A stretch of 32,000 nt of DNA from Acaryochloris marina MBIC11017 (lineage in GTDB: Bacteria; Cyanobacteriota; Cyanobacteriia; Thermosynechococcales; Thermosynechococcaceae): positions 32,962-64,961 of the forward strand of contig NC_009931.1 of the NCBI RefSeq assembly GCF_000018105.1, read 5' to 3'. A program made the position numbers and the translations under genes. The notes under the pieces are model-generated. The model saw only the letters and a program-made list of their open reading frames with translations. It had not been told where the DNA came from and made no database searches. Positions within the stretch are counted from its first letter, which is position 1, and each line of letters opens with the position of its first letter. This document shows positions 16,578-26,611 of the stretch, in pieces.

Positions 16578-17805
16578 TCAAGATGAGCAGCTATAGTGCG
16601 AAACGCCACCAGCATTAAAAAACGCCTTAGGTCTTAGACGATAGTATTTATCTTCTACGTCTTGCGATTGCTCATCATATGGATAGCTCAGTACTTCTTG
16701 CAGCTCTTTAACTAATGTGTAGTCACCCTGCATGGCTTGTTGGTAGGCGGGGACAATCAACCACTCTCTCCATGTGTATTTTGGATTAGTCTGTTTCATA
16801 TGTTTTGATATCTCAGCCAAATTGCCGTCCTTAATAACGAGGTCGCGCCAGCTTTTTAGCCAAGATTGCCATTGTTCGTCGAGTTGTTGTGACGTTTTGC
16901 CATAGAAGCTCTTTTTCAAAGCTGAGACATCCTCAGGTATGTGGGATAACTCCCGGAAGAAAATGGTGTAATCTACCGCTGAGTTGGTCATTAACTGCAT
17001 TAATTCCTTAAACAGCTCTGGGTTAAACTCAGTCAAGCCAAGTTTGGCTGTCCACATTTTTTGGACCTGTTTTTCCATGACTTCTGCAAAGCTGCGGCCT
17101 ACTTGGTCAAACTGTTCTAAAGCATCAGCATCTTCTGACAGTAGCGGTCTTACCGCTTTCCAAAACATATAATAATTCGCTTCTGCTGCGATGGGCTGAT
17201 AGAAGAATGAAAATTGTTCGGCGCCGCCAGTCCAAGGTTGAAACCAAGGGTCAAAAACTTCACAAAACCCAAAAGGTCCATAGTCGAGGGTAAAGCCACC
17301 AGCGGCGCAGTTGTCGCTGTTAAAATTACCCTGGCAGTAACCAACACGTAGCCAATTGGTCACCAGGGAAGTGAGACGTTGGCGAAATAGCGTAGCCAAC
17401 TCAACCAATTGATCAGCAAAACCAAGGTTTTGATTAATATCGCTTTTGTATTCTCGCTCCATTAAATGGGACACGATCATGCTCAACTCTTCTAAGGCTC
17501 TTGGATGAGCCTTGTTGCGAGCGCGGCGGGCAAATAACTCTAGTTGCCCCACGCGCAAAAAGGAGGGGGCAACGCGAGTTGAAATGGCCACAGGATCGTC
17601 CATCAAAACATCAGGGTCAGTGGAGTAGGAGTTTTGAGAATACCAAGGCCGCTTAACGGTCTCAGATTTAGAAGCATACAGGGTCAAAGAACGCGATGTT
17701 GGCACACCTAAAGCCTGCATATATTCTTGCGCAAGAAACTCACGCACACTAGAACGGAGTACTGCGCGCCCGTCGCCACCACGGCAATAAGGTGTGGGGC
17801 CACCC
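16578..17805 (-). pseudogene. selO: selO (YdiU/UPF0061 protein adenylyltransferase) pseudogene, C-terminal part
   Basis: Motifs are [52 protein letters not shown] and [22 protein letters not shown]. The frame continues from the N-terminal part at 27629-28113 once the intervening 9,823 bp and one copy of the 10-bp duplication are removed. Residues upstream of PWGGP in the track ORF are IS-derived read-through. Confidence 0.85.
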
Positions 17806-17891
17806 CAGGGCGACCGCACATAGAAGTTAACAAAGCAGTCGAATTCGGAAGAGGTGGAGGATAATGCCTCAAAAACAACGCTCAGCAAGCC

Positions 17892-18488
17892 ATGACATCC
17901 TCTCCCTTTGCCTCAATTATTGAACACTTCAGCGACTTAGACGACCCGAGAGCAGCCCACCGCATAGAGTATTCGCTAGAAGATATCATCATCATCACCC
18001 TATGCGCTGTCCTTTGTGGAGCAGATAATTGGGTGGAAGTGGCCAACTATGGTCGTTCCAAAGCCCAGTGGTTAAAGCAATGGATAGCATTGCCAAACGG
18101 TGTTCCCTCCCATGACACCTTCGAGTGGGTCTTTGCCAGATTGAAACCTCAACAATTGCAGCAGTGCTTTCTCAATTGGACTCAAGCCATCTATCAACTG
18201 AGCGCAGGAGAATTGATTGCGATTGACGGCAAGACACTCCGGGGCGCGATTGCGCCAGGTGAGCAGTGCAGCTTGATTCACATGGTCAGTGCATGGGCCA
18301 GTCACAATCGTCTAGTTTTAGGTCAACGCACCGTTGACGAGAAATCCAATGAGATTACGGCTATTCCTGAATTACTGAAAGTGTTAGAGCTTGAAGGAGC
18401 CTTGGTCAGTATTGATGCGATGGGCTGTCAAACAGCGATTGCCGAGACGATTATTGAGGGCCAAGGTGATTATGTGTTGGCCCTCAAA
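17892..18488 (+). pseudogene. ISAs1-family transposase, fragment 1 of 3 (N-terminal 199 codons)
   Basis: Motifs are FSDLDDPRAAHRIEYSLEDIIIITLCAVLCGADNW, IAIDGKTLRG, HMVSAWAS and SIDAMGCQTAIA. The fragment ends ...DYVLALK at the Tn3-family insertion point. The track ORF tail 18489-18572 is read-through into the Tn3 IR. Confidence 0.86.
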
Positions 18489-18673
18489 GGGGTAATTGAA
18501 GGGTCGCTGACACCAGCTGCAATCAAAATAGATCACCCCCCAAAACAGGGCAAATTCACCTCTAATCAATAAGTTTTACTTAAGTATTTTTTGCCGCTGT
18601 ACTACTCGATAGTCGAGCAAAGGTTGCCTTGCTGAGATGGGCCTCAACTCAGCAACCTCACTGCAGCTACTCC

Positions 18674-19492
18674 CTACGCAGCCAAGTTTTCAATCACCAG
18701 ACGCTCATTCATGTTTAGTCGGAAACGCCCATAAGGATTGATATGAAGGTAGAACAGGGGCGTTAACGCCCTCAAATCTTCTTCTTGCATACGATTCATC
18801 CACGTCGGCTCAGAAAGTACTTTTTGAATCATCAGCGTATTGATATAGACCAGGCTGATTTGTAGTAGGTGCAAACACAGCATGGATAGCTCTTGCATAG
18901 CCGTTTGATTACTGGCAAAGTCACCATTCTTGCCATAGAAGATGAAGTCATTGGCACTATTCCAATTCTCAACGACATTCAAGCCTTCGTTGATCTCTTG
19001 CCGTAAGGCCTCATCATGCAAATACTGGCAAAGGAAGATGGTCTTAATGGCTCGCCCTAATTCAGCCAAAGCAAGATAGGTGGGGTGCTTGATGTTGTTA
19101 CGGGTGAACCGACTCAGAATCGCTTCCGGTTCGGCAGTACCTTGCTTCATCGCGGTTGTGAACTGAATCATTGGCTCGTACTGCTCCCGCACCAGATCCC
19201 AACGAATGGGTCGCTTTAGAATCGTTGTCAAATGGACATACTTCTTCTTCTGCCCAGACATCGGCAGGTAGAGCTTCTGTTTGTTGATGCCTTTGAAGCG
19301 AGGCATCAACTGAAAATTCAGCAAATAGCAAAAGGCAAACCCCACCTCGCTTTGGCCATGGGTATCCACATAACTTTTATTCACTGACATTTGCGTGCAG
19401 TGTCGAAGTACGCCCTTCACCATAAAGGCCACCTCCGAAGAAGAACACTTCTTCAGTTGCGAGTAGATACATACGGATTTTTTCTCGACATG
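18674..19492 (-). CDS. tnpA: Tn3-family transposase TnpA, exon 2 (C-terminal 272 aa)
   Basis: The exon begins [31 protein letters not shown]... and carries the second catalytic Asp (YVDTHGQSE) and the Glu ([19 protein letters not shown]). It is in frame with exon 1 after intron removal: 819 nt plus 2130 nt gives 982 codons plus a stop. Confidence 0.85.
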   Translation of the reverse strand, partial: HVEKKSVCIYSQLKKCSSSEVAFMVKGVLRHCTQMSVNKSYVDTHGQSEVGFAFCYLLNFQLMPRFKGINKQKLYLPMSGQKKKYVHLTTILKRPIRWDLVREQYEPMIQFTTAMKQGTAEPEAILSRFTRNNIKHPTYLALAELGRAIKTIFLCQYLHDEALRQEINEGLNVVENWNSANDFIFYGKNGDFASNQTAMQELSMLCLHLLQISLVYINTLMIQKVLSEPTWMNRMQEEDLRALTPLFYLHINPYGRFRLNMNERLVIENLAA

Positions 19493-21946
19493 GTTAACCT
19501 AAGCCGGAGGATCACTCCTCCGACTTGGCTTCAAAACCGTGCGTAAATCTTTCGATTTACACGGCTCCTCAGTGGCTTGGTGCTTGTCATACATACCATT
19601 TGGCCTGAGAGGACTTCTCCTTGGCCGTTTTAACATAATGACAATGTCTGTGTAGTAGTTGAAGATTCTTGTATACGTCCAATCCTCCCATTGATGTAGG
19701 GAGAATGTGATCCACTTCAAGTAAATCTTCTTCTCGGAAGAACATGCCGCACTGAGCGCATTTCCCCTTCTGCTTCTTCAAGAGCATAGATACTCTCTTC
19801 GGAGCTTCTGGATGCTTCCCAGTCCTTGAACTCCAGTAAACTAGATTGCCATTGTAGGGACTTGCATCCCCCTTGACTTTGACATGGCGGATAATTGGAG
19901 TCTGTCGATGTTTGAGTAATTTTTCGGTTCTAGATTTAGTTACTCTAGTCGCGAAGACCCATTTATCTCCCCCGACAGTTTGCCAATATTTATTCACCAC
20001 CCATTTCCTGGATTTGCCAGGATGGCGGTGGTTAGCCCATGTTTGAAGCTTTTGATACAGTAAATGGTCTAGACGGGAGAAGGTCTCTTTACTAGCCATG
20101 GTCGAATAATATCTCGTCCATCCTCTAATCACGGGATTGAGGTGGCGGATTAATGCCGCTTGCGGCGCTGCCTTATGGGCGTTGATGATACTAACGAGCC
20201 GATTGTAATGTACTTTTTGCTTCTTTCGACTGGGGGTAATGATGGTCTTAAATCCCAGCAATGTCCCGCATAATCTCCCCGATTGATGTTGACCGACCGG
20301 GAATTGTCTAACTGAGAATCCTAGAAAATCAAATCCAGGGTTTTCAGCTTCATACCTTTTGAGAGTATGGGATATATGCGTTTTGCTAGGTTTTAGTTCC
20401 AACCCCATGTCTTTTAGCCACTCATGAACTAAGCTCTGACATCTTTGAACTACGGATAAATCCTCGTGAAGAATCACGAAGTCATCACAGTATCGAATGA
20501 CATCAGGAGTAGCAATTCTTTTTCGCTTATTCCCGTCGGCAATCTTTCTGATAGGAAAGGCTTGCTTGATTCGATACTCTAGGCCATGGAGGGCTACATT
20601 TGCCAACAAAGGAGAGATAGTCCCCCCTTGAGGTGCTCCTTCAGATGTCTGTAAGAACTGATGACCATCAATTACCCCAGCTTTTAGCCAAGTTTTTATT
20701 TGTCGGCGTAGAGTGGGAAAGGTCTTCAGCTTTTTGAGCAGTGCTTCGTGGTTTATTCGGTCAAAACATTGGGCTATATCAGCGTCCAACACATATTTTG
20801 CTTTCTGTTTAATGGCTGCAAAAATTTGTTCTATCGCGTCATGACATGAACGGCCTGGTCTTGAACCATAGGAGTTTGGTTCGAAAACCGCTTCCCATTC
20901 AGGTTCCAGGGCTAGTTTGACTAGTGTCATTCTTGCCCTTTCATACAGGGTCGGTATACCCAAAGGACGTTGTTCGTCTTTTCCTGGTTTAGGAATCCAC
21001 ACCCGTCTGGTGGGAGGGGCCTTTGAGCCGAGTTTAAGTTGACCCACTAGGGGCAGACGAGCTTCTGGGGACAGAGATTTAACTCCATCCACACCTGCCG
21101 TCTTTTTTCCCTGGTTGTCTTGTGTGACCCGTCTAACTGAAAGGCATTTGGCTGACCAGGACCTCATCAGAGTTTTCTGGAGTCTATGTACTACTTTGAC
21201 ATCGCCACGTTGTCTGGCTCTGAATATGCGCTTTTGCAACTTAAACACTTTCCGCTCTAGTTTTGGCCAGGGGATTGCGCTCCATTCCATCATCGGTTTG
21301 ACCCGTGCTTTAGACATATTTATTGCTACTTGTTCCTATTCATTCCAAGTCACCGTGAGTCTGTCTGCTTATCCTCACCATTACAGTGGGGCTTTTGCTT
21401 TTGACCCAATCCTTCCCACCGCCTAACTTCTGGTTAGCACCTACTCTTAGCCAATCGACCTCCAAGAGAGATAGGCGGGGGTTACTTCGTTCCTAATAGC
21501 CATTGATTGAACTGTTAGAGTGATGCGCTCCACCGGGTTTATTGGAAGTGCTAACTGGTCGCTACTGGACACGCCAGCTCCGTATATCCTTGCCCTTTTG
21601 GGACTCCCAGCGTTATCAACCTAATTTCGCTGGTTAATGATTACGGTGGGTTAACCACATCTTCGCTTTCGCTACTCATAAGTTCTTGCTCGAAGGGGTT
21701 CAGAGCTAGGCTCCCTGTTACCTCCTTTTTTCCCCGCTTCAGGCGTTGATGGCTAGTCGCGAACCTGGGGGAAATGCTGTCACCGCTGCACCTGCGGGAT
21801 AGGACTAGAGCGGTCTAGGATACTGACTCTCACCTATATGGCTATTAAGTTGTCAAGGTACAGTTGGGATATTTTCCCCTTCTTTACGCTTGCGGCTAAT
21901 CCCCTCAAACCCTATTCAGGTCTAGTTTCTAGCCAACGAATCGCAC
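19493..21946 (-). mobile_element. Group II intron (2,454 nt, ORF in domain IV) interrupting tnpA in the sense orientation
   Basis: The 5' end is GTGCGATTCG (complement of 21946 downward), directly after the TGG codon. Domain V is GAGCCGTGTAAATCGAAAGATTTACGCACGGTTT (19534-19567). Domain VI is CCAAGTCGGAGGA-GTGA-TCCTCCGGCTTAGG with a bulged branch A at 19500, 7 nt before the 3' end ...GGTTAAC (19493). The EBS1 candidate CCAGTAG (complement of 21562-21568) pairs with the last 7 exon nt, CTACTGG. Confidence 0.88.
19587..21317 (-). CDS. Group II intron-encoded reverse transcriptase/maturase with a C-terminal HNH endonuclease domain
   Basis: This is a 576-aa ORF. RT motifs are RVWIPKPGKDEQRPLGIPTLYERARM, GAPQGGTISPLLANVAL and YCDDFVILH (YxDD). 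The maturase/X region is RGWTRYY. The HNH domain is CAQCG...EVDHILPTSMGG...LQLLHRHCH. Confidence 0.93.
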   Translation of the reverse strand: MSKARVKPMMEWSAIPWPKLERKVFKLQKRIFRARQRGDVKVVHRLQKTLMRSWSAKCLSVRRVTQDNQGKKTAGVDGVKSLSPEARLPLVGQLKLGSKAPPTRRVWIPKPGKDEQRPLGIPTLYERARMTLVKLALEPEWEAVFEPNSYGSRPGRSCHDAIEQIFAAIKQKAKYVLDADIAQCFDRINHEALLKKLKTFPTLRRQIKTWLKAGVIDGHQFLQTSEGAPQGGTISPLLANVALHGLEYRIKQAFPIRKIADGNKRKRIATPDVIRYCDDFVILHEDLSVVQRCQSLVHEWLKDMGLELKPSKTHISHTLKRYEAENPGFDFLGFSVRQFPVGQHQSGRLCGTLLGFKTIITPSRKKQKVHYNRLVSIINAHKAAPQAALIRHLNPVIRGWTRYYSTMASKETFSRLDHLLYQKLQTWANHRHPGKSRKWVVNKYWQTVGGDKWVFATRVTKSRTEKLLKHRQTPIIRHVKVKGDASPYNGNLVYWSSRTGKHPEAPKRVSMLLKKQKGKCAQCGMFFREEDLLEVDHILPTSMGGLDVYKNLQLLHRHCHYVKTAKEKSSQAKWYV

Positions 21947-24076
21947 CCAGTAGATCATCACCCCCCGGCCGCCATAACGAACATGCCATTCCGTCATCAA
22001 ATTCTGGTCCCAAGATTCAAAGTGCCGAGAATCAGACGCACAGGCAGTGGTGGCTTCCCCCCAGACATGAGAAAGGCGAATCTGGAAAATCGCATTGGCC
22101 ACATCCGTAATGGCACAGCTGAGGGCCATTTTGCTTAAAAATTTGCGTCGGACATAATGCAATTCAAAGTATCCTGCATCGGCTTCTGAATGAGCGATGC
22201 GCTTAATCCCTAAATTAGTGCCCAGTCCGTAAATGCACAACAGTAAGCGCTTGCGCAGGGACTGAGGTTTCAATATTTCACGACTGGCCGCACTCTTGAA
22301 ATGTTGGGTGAAATCAATCCGAAAGTCCGCTTCTTTGAGCACATCCAACAAATGCGTTAGAGACCACCGGTTGTTGATCTCTTCCTTGAGCTTCTGGATG
22401 TTCATGGGTTCAGGTTGTGCCTCCAGAGGAGATACCTTAACGCGTCCCCCTCGCTTACTCAAGATCTCAACTTTAGAATTGTGAGGCATCCCCTGATTCA
22501 AAAGGGTCAAAGCATTTTCCATATCAGCCTGGATTTGAGCGATGAAGGTTTCCACCTCTAGGGGCTGTTGTAGATCCTGGTAATATTCCTCTCGCCGCTC
22601 GTCAAAGTCTTGGGGTAAATCCAGATCGGGATTGCGATAGCGATTGGCACCGGCGACCCAAATTTCCTTACACCGTAGTTTCTCTCGCAAGGCCCTGAGG
22701 ACACACATCTCATAGGCGATGCGATCTACTTTGTCTGGCTGGTCCTCATCCTGACCTAACACCGTCTCTTGCCAGTCTGCACTGACGACCCCTTCAATGG
22801 GGACGTCATCTTCTGAGGCATAAGGTTTTCGGGGGGTGTCCACATAGGCTTTGAGTAAATCCACAGCCTGCAGGATGGGCTGGTATTGCTTGTTATTGCA
22901 CCGAAAGTCAATCACTTCCAGTACCGCAGGAAGCATTTGCCGATAATGATGACCGTAGGAAGAACGGATCCTCGAGTGTAGAAGTTGTCGGTAAGTCTGA
23001 CCGCCATCATTATAGGAATCAACAAATGTTTCCAGGGTTTGCTCACTGGCAACGGGGTAGATAACGTCTCTGACCAAGCCATCTGGTGTGGCTAGGGCTG
23101 CGGTGGCCACCTGATAAAACAGTTGGGTATGAGAGTCGGTTTTTTTGACTTTAGCGATCACCTCTGACGTCACTTTATTCTTGCTGCGTGTATCAATGCG
23201 ATGAACGATCTGAATCAATAAATCCATGATGTTGTCGATGATCTCTTGGCACCGCTGCCAGCAGAAACTCGCGAGTAAGGTGAGTCGGATGGTTTTGGGG
23301 TGATGCCTCAACTCTGATAAGGTTTCTGTCTCCACTCGGAGCCGATAACACTCCAGAACTCGTGGGCTTAGATGAGAAAACAGGGTATCAGGCAAAGCCA
23401 CTTGGCGGAGTCGTTGGAGTTTGATGACTTCTGAAAGCAGGCTATTGAGACCGACTGGTCCTGGGTCTTTTTTCAACGCACTTAGGGGAGGATCTGGGAT
23501 CTCTTTACCTGGGGTCACCTTGGGTTCTTGGATCAATTCATCGAGCTCAGTCTGAGTTTGCTTGGACAGGTGCTGAAGAGTTGAGGAAAAAAACTTGCGT
23601 TCAAACAGGCGTTGAGCGGACCGGATTAAACGCTCAATCCTAGCAGGGGCAGGTGGTTCAATCTGAAGTGAACGCAGTTGAGCATAGACTTTTAATTTCA
23701 GATGATGATAGTCCTGCTCTTGACTGAGGAAGGTATCGACTAACCAAGTGCGAAGTTGGTTTTGGTCTGCCACAGTGGCTTGTCGAAATCCGGAAAATTG
23801 GCGAATCTGGGCTCTGTGATAATAGCTATTCCTCCCATGCCAGTCATAGCTCTGGAACAGCTCGGGCAGTAGTTCTAACTGTTCTGCGACGAAGGTCAGT
23901 GCCATACGAGGAATCTCATACTTCTGTTCAGGGAAGCGTCCTTCATATTGGAAAAATTTAAGCAGCAGGACAAATCCTAAGCGGTTTGCTCCTTGACGTC
24001 TGGCCAATAGATGCTCCTCGTCAGGTTGGATAGACCAATGCTCAAGCAGCTCTTCTGGATGCCATTTCCGTTTCAT
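21947..24076 (-). CDS. tnpA: Tn3-family transposase TnpA, exon 1 (N-terminal 710 aa)
   Basis: The DUF4158-type N-terminus is MKRKWHPEELLEHWSIQPDE...LGFVLLLKFFQYEGRFP. The first catalytic Asp region is ACASDSRHFESWDQNLMTEWHVRYGGRGVMIYW. The last 5 residues of the track ORF (VRFVG) are intron read-through. Confidence 0.87.
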
Positions 24077-24249
24077 GCAATTACGCTCCTATGAAAGTGA
24101 ATTCATTAGAGCGTAAGGCAAGTTTTTGTACTATAAGCGTAGATTATGAATTAAGGGTGATGGAAGTCAATGGAGTTTACAGTTCTTAATGGCTATAAGC
24201 TTTACTAGGTAAGGGATTCAGCCTTGATTGCAGCTGGTGTCAGCAACCC

Positions 24250-26081
24250 TGACACTGTTGGCGAATTCCAAGAAGTCACGCTGGTAATGGCTGAAGTATC
24301 CTCTTGAAAAGAGATACACGAGTTTTTGCTAGTGGAACATCATTAAACCAAGCGTCTAAGCGGACAAAATTGAGAGCAATGGCACAGAAAACATTCTGTA
24401 GATGGCTCTTCGCTAACCCGATATACCTTGATTGGCGCATGCCAAATCGCCGTATTCCCTGTGAATGGGTACTCTCAACACCAGCCCGCAGGCTATATTT
24501 TTCCTTGAACTCAGTAGTTCGTTGTACCTGACGTCGTTCATTAAGGGCTTGATGTAACTCACGGGGACGGAACGTCAACTCTCTTGGCTGGGTCTTTGAT
24601 TTCGTACATTGAGATCGCACTGGACAACTTCGGCAAGTGGTCCCCTGGAACCTTGCTTGAATGACATCCTTTCCGTGAATATCCTTTCCAGGCAACCATT
24701 TCGTACTGAAGTGGCCTTGAGGACAGACAACCTTCTGTTGGTCCCAACTGATGAGGAAGAAGCTCGAATCAAATCCGTTTCCTGCCTTTGCTTGCCAACT
24801 ATGATTTTGACGCACTGGACCAATAACATCCATGTCATATTCTGCTTTGCTATTCACCAAATGCTCTGCCGAGAGGTAACCCCCATCTAACAAATGCTCT
24901 TTAGGCAACAACTGTTTTTTAGCCAGAGCCAGGTGAATGGGTTCAACAACTTGATCATCTGGAACCGTTGCACTGGTGGTGTGCACATGAGTGATGAGAC
25001 GTGGACTTTCAGGATCACACACTTCTGTTAAATGAACTTTATAGCCCACCCAATCCATACTTCTTTTATTGCTATAGCGGGCTTCGACATCGTAAGGAGA
25101 ATGAATGGATGAATCAGAAGGGGGCATATCCTTCACTTTTCGCCATTCGACTGTGCCGTCTGCATTGGGCGGGTAGAATCGCTGGAGCCAGACTTGTCGC
25201 AGAGTTTCCACTGCAGGTAGATGCTTTAACCACGGTGGTGAACTAGGGGCATATATGGCGTCAAGCAGTGTCAAACCATCTTGACCGATAGTACTGCCCA
25301 AAGCTTTGCGTTCGCTATCGGGTTTGGGCAAGCGATAATTCTCTATTCGTCGACCATAGCGATCAAACCAGTCATCGTGCATGTGTTCGCTTAACCACTG
25401 TGGATCTGCGACAACCAAACTATTGAGAGCAGCCCGAAAGGTTTCACCAAATAACTCCAACCGATTGAGGGTTCGGATCGACGCTAGGATATGGGTCGCA
25501 TCCGTTCGTTGTTGATGGTGTTCTTTAAGGAACCCTTTTGCTTGAAGGTGCTCAAGGAAGCTATCAAATAGCTGTTGTTCCTTGTCACCCGCGATCAGAC
25601 GCTTGCGAAATTCACTCAAAACAGAATAATTAAATCCAGAGTCTCTCAGCGGTAGGCTCAGGGCATATTTCCAATCTATCCGGGCTCGAACGGCATCAGC
25701 CGCTTGACGGTCTGAAAGATTCTCAAGAAATTGCATGATGCAAACTAGCACAAGCTGCCAGGGGGATAGAGCTGGTTGTCCTTTCTTCGGAAACAGATCA
25801 GCAAAATCGTGATCGTGATAGATAATGCCAAGTTCATCACGTAGTTGCATATACAGATTGCCATCAGGAAAGGCAGCCCTAGCTACTTCAATGGTTTCAC
25901 TGGGGATGTCCAACAAGTCTGTCGGGCGCATAGACATAACAATGAGCCTCCAGAGTGAGCGTGATTGAGTTTGAGTTTTAGCAGTACCATACCTCAATCC
26001 ACAAAAGGCTTACTGCATCAAGTGTTAGAAGCTATTTTCAGCCGACTTAGATCATTGCGGAATATTTCGCCAACAGTGTCA
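24250..26081 (-). mobile_element. IS1182-family (IS5-like) insertion sequence, 1,832 bp, inserted inside the right IR of the Tn3-family element
   Basis: The terminal IRs are TGACACTGTTGGCGAA (24250-24265) and TTCGCCAACAGTGTCA (26066-26081), a perfect 16 of 16 match. The 4-bp TSD ACCC lies at 24246-24249 and 26082-26085. Confidence 0.85.
24276..25937 (-). CDS. IS1182-family DDE transposase
   Basis: The ORF has an ATG (complement of 25935-25937) preceded by GGAGG. The track's TTG start at 25997 adds 20 residues. The N-terminal transposase domain is ...PALSPWQLVLVCIMQFLENLSDRQAADAVRARIDWKYALSL. The C-terminal region is ...GVESTHSQGIRRFGMRQSRYIGLAK. Confidence 0.84.
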   Translation of the reverse strand: MSMRPTDLLDIPSETIEVARAAFPDGNLYMQLRDELGIIYHDHDFADLFPKKGQPALSPWQLVLVCIMQFLENLSDRQAADAVRARIDWKYALSLPLRDSGFNYSVLSEFRKRLIAGDKEQQLFDSFLEHLQAKGFLKEHHQQRTDATHILASIRTLNRLELFGETFRAALNSLVVADPQWLSEHMHDDWFDRYGRRIENYRLPKPDSERKALGSTIGQDGLTLLDAIYAPSSPPWLKHLPAVETLRQVWLQRFYPPNADGTVEWRKVKDMPPSDSSIHSPYDVEARYSNKRSMDWVGYKVHLTEVCDPESPRLITHVHTTSATVPDDQVVEPIHLALAKKQLLPKEHLLDGGYLSAEHLVNSKAEYDMDVIGPVRQNHSWQAKAGNGFDSSFFLISWDQQKVVCPQGHFSTKWLPGKDIHGKDVIQARFQGTTCRSCPVRSQCTKSKTQPRELTFRPRELHQALNERRQVQRTTEFKEKYSLRAGVESTHSQGIRRFGMRQSRYIGLAKSHLQNVFCAIALNFVRLDAWFNDVPLAKTRVSLFKRILQPLPA

Positions 26082-26102
26082 ACCCTTCAATTACCCCTCA
26101 AA

Positions 26103-26611
26103 GGCAATCAAGGTGATTTATATAACGATGTGGTGCAACTGTTTGACCATGCTTGTCAGACTCAATTTCAGGGGATTGAGCATGATAGCTATCAAACCGT
26201 CGAGAAAGGGCATGGGCGAATTGAGCATCGCACCTATTGGACAATGGGGCAAACCGATTACTTACTGGGGGCTGAGCGTTGGGCTCAATTGAAGTCGATT
26301 GGGTGCGTTGAATCGTGTCGTCGTCAGCCAGGACACCCAGGCACACTTCAGCGGCGCTATTACCTTTTGAGCATTGAGAGTGATGCACAACGGTTTGCCG
26401 ATGCTGTGCGCTCTCATTGGGGGATTGAAAACCAGTTGCACTGGATTTTGGATGTGGGATTTCGTGAAGATAAACTGCGTGCCTGTCAGGGATGCAGTGC
26501 TCAAAACCTATCCGTCATTCGTCATCTTGCAGCTAATTTGCTGCAGCAAGAGTCAACGGCTAAATGTGGGATTAAGGCAAAACGGCTCAAGGCAGGTTGG
26601 GATGATAACTA
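26103..26611 (+). pseudogene. ISAs1-family transposase, fragment 2 of 3
   Basis: The fragment resumes GNQGDLYNDVVQLF... and carries the C-terminal signature HWGIENQLHWILDVGFREDK. It is cut at ...GWDDNY by the IS630 insertion. The track ORF portion 25965-26102 is IS1182 and Tn3-IR sequence, not coding. Confidence 0.85.

Larger units (their letters stand above)
18489..26097 (-). mobile_element. Tn3-family element carrying only tnpA (3,319 bp once the intron and IS1182 are removed), inserted in the ISAs1 transposase gene
   Basis: The 38-bp IRL is GGGGTAATTGAAGGGTCGCTGACACCAGCTGCAATCAA (18489-18526). The IRR is split: the inner 26 nt lie at 24224-24249 and the outer part at 26082-26097. When reassembled it matches IRL at 37 of 38 positions. 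The 5-bp TSD TCAAA lies at 18484-18488 and 26098-26102. There is no resolvase or passenger gene. Confidence 0.86.

Noticed and set aside
18489-18572. C-terminal tail of track ORF 17892-18572 (VIEGSLTPAAIKIDHPPKQGKFTSNQ)
   Set aside because: It is read-through into the 38-bp Tn3-family IR, not part of the ISAs1 transposase.
21115-22110. ORFs 21115-21426 (+) and 21838-22110 (+), plus 19499-19720 (-)
   Set aside because: They lie in structured RNA domains of the group II intron or antisense to its ORF, and have no coding features.
25965-26102. N-terminal 46 residues of track ORF 25965-26633
   Set aside because: This is the IS1182 end and Tn3 IR sequence read in frame by chance. The real ISAs1 transposase sequence resumes at 26103.
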